A stretch of 53,830 nt of DNA from an uncultured candidate division Zixibacteria bacterium (GTDB lineage: Bacteria; Zixibacteria; MSB-5A5; GN15; FEB-12): assembly GCA_937900185.1 (NCBI GenBank), contig CALCCW010000229.1, forward strand, positions 1-53,830. Reading direction: 5' to 3'. Below are positions 50,860 through 53,830 of this stretch, piece after piece (position 1 is the stretch's first letter; each line of letters begins with the position of its first letter). The notes under the pieces were generated by a model, which saw only the letters and a program-made list of their open reading frames with translations, was not told the origin of the DNA and searched no databases. Made by a program: the position numbers and the translations under genes.

Positions 50860-51489
50860 TTATTAACTCCATTTCCTCATGTTGCCTAATTTCTTCATAT
50901 GCGAGGAACTTTGTTTGTGTCCAGAAATCAATATTATCCCAATTTAAAGGGCTAATAGCAAATCTCTCACATGAACGATAAACACTATACTCAAATTTAC
51001 GCCCACGTGGGATATGCCTTTTTATGCCTTCTTGGACTGAGAAGCTAAAAAACGTTCTCTAGCCTCTTTATATTTTCTGTCATCAAGTGAGTTTGCAACT
51101 AAAACAATATTAACAATCATATTGATTTCAGCCATACTTAAACCTGACTCCTGTAATTCATCTTCATAATTAGACCATGTTTCCGGTTTACTAATATCGA
51201 TATTATCCCACTCAAGTCCATCAGTAGATTCAAGTGATTTAATAATCATATAATTCATTCGAGCCGTTGCATGTTCTTCGACTAACTGTTCATAGTCTTT
51301 ACCCTTAATCATTTTCACGCTTCCGGTTTTGACATTTTTCTGTCTCTTCATTTCCGGTTCAGGGCATAGTTTATCAAACTCCGTAAAATCCAATACAGCT
51401 TCTGCTTTAAAAACTATATCACCTGTTTCACGAGGTATAACACAAATTTCTGCACTGGGTTTGTCAATCTTTTTTCCATTAATCTTCAT
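50834..51489 (-). CDS. Tail assembly chaperone, -1 frameshift product (gpGT-like)
   Basis: After a -1 slip at 51046-51052 the frame stays open for 72 more codons (FFSFSVQEGIKRHIPRGRKFEY...NKLQV) up to TAA at 50834-36. Confidence 0.6.
51022..51489 (-). CDS. Tail assembly chaperone (gpG-like)
   Basis: 155 aa, acidic; lies between the major tail and tape measure genes, with a slippery site near its 3' end. Confidence 0.7.
   Translation of the reverse strand: MKINGKKIDKPSAEICVIPRETGDIVFKAEAVLDFTEFDKLCPEPEMKRQKNVKTGSVKMIKGKDYEQLVEEHATARMNYMIIKSLESTDGLEWDNIDISKPETWSNYEDELQESGLSMAEINMIVNIVLVANSLDDRKYKEARERFLASQSKKA
51046..51052 (-). promoter_or_regulatory. Programmed -1 ribosomal frameshift slippery heptamer U_UUU_UUA
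   Basis: The zero frame reads CGT TTT TTA GCT, 7 codons before the chaperone stop. Confidence 0.6.
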
Positions 51490-51513
51490 AATAAGTTGCT
51501 CCTTAAATAGTGT

Positions 51514-51546
51514 GCAATCTCGGTATCATTATAATACCGAGATTGC
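51514..51546 (-). promoter_or_regulatory. 13-bp perfect hairpin between the major tail and chaperone genes
   Basis: GCAATCTCGGTAT-cattata-ATACCGAGATTGC. The arm sequence resembles the CAATACGGAGATTG motif family. Confidence 0.6.
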
Positions 51547-51554
51547 AAGTTTTG

Positions 51555-52049
51555 TTACGGTATGTAACGTACTGCAGTAATATCTGTTACGTTACATTTT
51601 CCCGGAATTGAAATCTGACCAGAACCTACATCGTAGTCTCTGTTATCAGGTCTAAAATCAGTAAATGTAATACGTTCAGCTTCTGTACCATCATCACAAT
51701 CCGGAACGAATTCAATGATAATATCTACTGCATATGGTTCACAAGCATCTGTTGATGTCGTAAGCCAAGTCGATGCCGCACCTGCTTTAGTTAGTGCTTC
51801 AGTTACAGTAACATCTTCTGAACCGGAAGAAATAATATTATCGAATTCTGCTTCGATAGTTACTTCAACAGGTTCTTCATCTGCCGCTCTAACAGAACCG
51901 AGTTTTCCACGGTTCTTGCGATACTCAAGAGGGTTCTTAACTGACCACGTTACATTACCTTCTCCTACTGTTACTACAATAGAATTAGGAGTAGTCGGCG
52001 TACCATCCTGAATTGTTATGGTTGCGTTTTTTAAATCTTTAGCCGCCAT
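51555..52049 (-). CDS. Major tail (tube) protein
   Basis: 164 aa, T/V/E-rich beta-type protein immediately upstream of the chaperone. GGAGG RBS. Confidence 0.65.
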   Translation of the reverse strand: MAAKDLKNATITIQDGTPTTPNSIVVTVGEGNVTWSVKNPLEYRKNRGKLGSVRAADEEPVEVTIEAEFDNIISSGSEDVTVTEALTKAGAASTWLTTSTDACEPYAVDIIIEFVPDCDDGTEAERITFTDFRPDNRDYDVGSGQISIPGKCNVTDITAVRYIP

Positions 52050-52067
52050 GATAATCCTCCTTATGGA

Positions 52068-52529
52068 TTAAAAGTTTTTAAGCTTAGTGTGATAATGACC
52101 TTCAATATCAGACACTGTTAATTTATCGTTACCCTCTACAAATCCAAAATTTGCAACATCTAAACTGTGCTTATCAGAATTATTAAGTGTTAAACAGAAA
52201 AGATAGCTTTTATCATCTTCTGGTTTATTACCTAACTTGAATACTGATATTGAGTCAGTAAAGAGTTCTAAACCTTTTCCTTGCAATTCTTGATTACTGT
52301 AAAGATAATCCCTTTGTTGAATTGAATAAATTTGTAAATCTACTTCAATCTTAATATCCCAGTAATCTTTAGATAAGTTATGTAAATATGGTCCATCTAT
52401 TTTCAATTCATACCAATTATCCCAATCAGATGTTTTTCTAATTTCACCTGATATATGTAAATGAGGTAATGAATTAAAATGTTTTGCTATTGAAGCAAAT
52501 ATCCATTTTGTTACGTTTGCCCTATCCAT
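52068..52529 (-). CDS. Tail completion/terminator-like protein (putative)
   Basis: 153 aa; called on position between the head-closure and tube genes. Confidence 0.4.
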   Translation of the reverse strand: MDRANVTKWIFASIAKHFNSLPHLHISGEIRKTSDWDNWYELKIDGPYLHNLSKDYWDIKIEVDLQIYSIQQRDYLYSNQELQGKGLELFTDSISVFKLGNKPEDDKSYLFCLTLNNSDKHSLDVANFGFVEGNDKLTVSDIEGHYHTKLKNF

Positions 52530-52953
52530 TTGTTACCGCCTTAAGATGTAGTATAAGAGCGATTTCCATTGCATAGTATTCTCTTCTGGCTACTTCATAA
52601 GTATCACCATTTTGAAGCCTAACAAGTTCCTCGCTCAATTTATCAAAATCTCTAAAAGGTATATCCCTTAAATCAATGAGAATACCGAGATTAGATTCCT
52701 CATACATACCATCGTAAACAAAGTTTTTATTAGATGCTAGATAAGTAATAGAATATTTTGCTTTCTGTAACATATTAATAGGCAATACTATTGCTTTATT
52801 AATAGGATACTCACGCAAGTTTTCTACCATTTCACCAGTATCTACATTAAGAGATGAGCTTGTACGGGCAATCCAAACGATTGGTTCGCCCATTTCAAAC
52901 TTTAATCTATAAATAGATTCACTTAATTGTTGCTTTGCACGACTTGTAAACAT
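52522..52953 (-). CDS. Head closure / head-tail joining protein (putative)
   Basis: 143 aa, directly after the capsid gene. Confidence 0.4.
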   Translation of the reverse strand: MFTSRAKQQLSESIYRLKFEMGEPIVWIARTSSSLNVDTGEMVENLREYPINKAIVLPINMLQKAKYSITYLASNKNFVYDGMYEESNLGILIDLRDIPFRDFDKLSEELVRLQNGDTYEVARREYYAMEIALILHLKAVTNG

Positions 52954-52957
52954 GATT

Positions 52958-53663
52958 TTATCCTAACAGTATAGTTGCAAGTGAAGAATCAATTACTTTT
53001 GCACCCATAAGCATATCTATGGTAACGATATTTTCTTGTTCGTCCATATCATAACCTATAGTAGTACGCATTCCGATACCATCATAAACACCAACGGCTG
53101 AGTCAACACCTTTTGCCAAAGGTTTAGCAAGAGGACGAGAAACAACACCTATTGCATCAGCAATAAATGATGGGTTGTAAGAACCGGCAGGTCCAAGATT
53201 GATTATATCATTGTTAGCAACGGCATTATCTAATGGACGGTCAAGAAGCATGCTTCCACTGTCATAAGACATAACGCAATATACTGCACTAGCAATAGCT
53301 ACAAGCTGACCTACGAGCGGATCATTTGTAAAACCATCAACAACGATTTCTTCTTCCCAACCTGCTACATAACCGGCTGTAAGATTTACTGCACCAGAAT
53401 CTACAACACTGAAAGCAGAACCATCAGTAATAGCATCTTTAAGTGCTGTTGCGAGAGTAATCTCAGTAGTCGTTGCAGAATCAACTCTATATGGAAATGC
53501 TGATTCAGCAAATGTGATATAGCTTCCTACAGCAGCAGCAGCAGTCATAGTATCAACTGTAATTACAGTATCACCTATTGCATACCCTGCGGTTTCATTA
53601 ACTGTTCCTGCAACTGTAGCAACAGATGATACCGGTATTGATGGGAATGCAGAACCACGAATG
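52958..53663 (-). CDS. Major capsid protein, C-terminal part (continuation of 754..127)
   Basis: The frame is open from the adapter boundary (RGSAFPSIPVSS...). The track shows only the part from the internal Met (196 aa). The C-terminus ...IGYDMDEQENIVTIDMLMGAKVIDSSLATILLG is capsid-like. Confidence 0.75.
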
Positions 53664-53830
53664 AGATCGGAAGAGCGTCGTGTAGGGAAAGAGTGTAGAT
53701 CTCGGTGGTCGCCGTATCATTAAAAAAAAAAAAACAAACAAACAAGCCAGATCGGAAGAGCACAGAACTCCAGTCACACTGACACCACCGACACTCAGAT
53801 GATCCACAGTATAGTCCGTATAGTAAACAG
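53664..53830. other. Non-biological sequence: TruSeq universal adapter reverse complement (53664-53721), poly-A junk, then a second partial adapter from 53749
   Basis: AGATCGGAAGAGCGTCGTGTAGGGAAAGAGTGTAGATCTCGGTGGTCGCCGTATCATT, then A13, then AGATCGGAAGAGCACAG.AACTCCAGTCAC. Confidence 0.97.

Noticed and set aside
1-53830. Lysogeny module (integrase, excisionase, CI/Cro-type switch) or an attP overlapping the tRNA-like element.
   Set aside because: No tyrosine or serine recombinase motifs were seen in any ORF. The tRNA-like element contains both 5' and 3' halves rather than only a 3' tRNA fragment, as an attP core would.

Overview
The window is essentially one complete, AT-rich tailed dsDNA phage genome with siphovirus-type architecture. 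Untrimmed Illumina adapters flank it at 1-126 and 53664-53830. The major capsid gene is split across the two contig ends; the ends overlap by 5 bp in frame, so the molecule closes to about 53.5 kb.

There are three transcription blocks.
- A late minus-strand block runs 12496 down to 127, wraps to 53663, and continues down to 38362. It encodes a TerS candidate, a GpA-like TerL, portal, a roughly 7-kb set of fibre-like, membrane and unknown genes, scaffold, capsid, head-tail adaptors, major tail protein, a G/GT-type chaperone with a U_UUU_UUA -1 frameshift site, a 1388-aa tape measure, and tail tip and fibre candidates.
- A minus-strand early/replication block (31416 down to 13736) encodes two ParB-like proteins, an SNF2 helicase, family A DNA polymerase, YopX, VRR-NUC, ATP-dependent ligase, a RecB-family nuclease and many tiny zinc-ribbon and membrane ORFs.
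- A plus-strand block (32254-32565 through 38332) encodes an AEP primase/SF3 helicase, DUF4406, a D12-class Dam-like methyltransferase, an HTH protein and a DUF5664-like protein.

No integrase, repressor or recognisable endolysin was found.

The least explained part is non-coding. Several ORF-free regions (12.5-13.7, 14.96-15.35, 21.0-21.35, 30.2-30.5 and 31.4-32.25 kb) are packed with shared repeat families:
- tandem 14-bp CAATAC-N-GTATTG units;
- a derived 14-nt motif wrapped around the Shine-Dalgarno of at least 7 early genes;
- paralogous modules of conserved block, unit array and intrinsic terminator, one of which has no upstream gene to terminate;
- X/Y repeat elements shared by the late-operon and rightward-operon control regions;
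- a 28-bp inverted repeat enclosing 117 nt;
- a 118-nt element with tRNA-Leu-like acceptor, D and T arms plus CCA but no canonical anticodon arm.

GATC looks strongly depleted although a Dam-class methylase is encoded. All protein-family calls come from motif recognition by eye, not from searches. The ORF track uses non-ATG starts, so several starts were moved to downstream ATGs with GGAG-type ribosome-binding sites.
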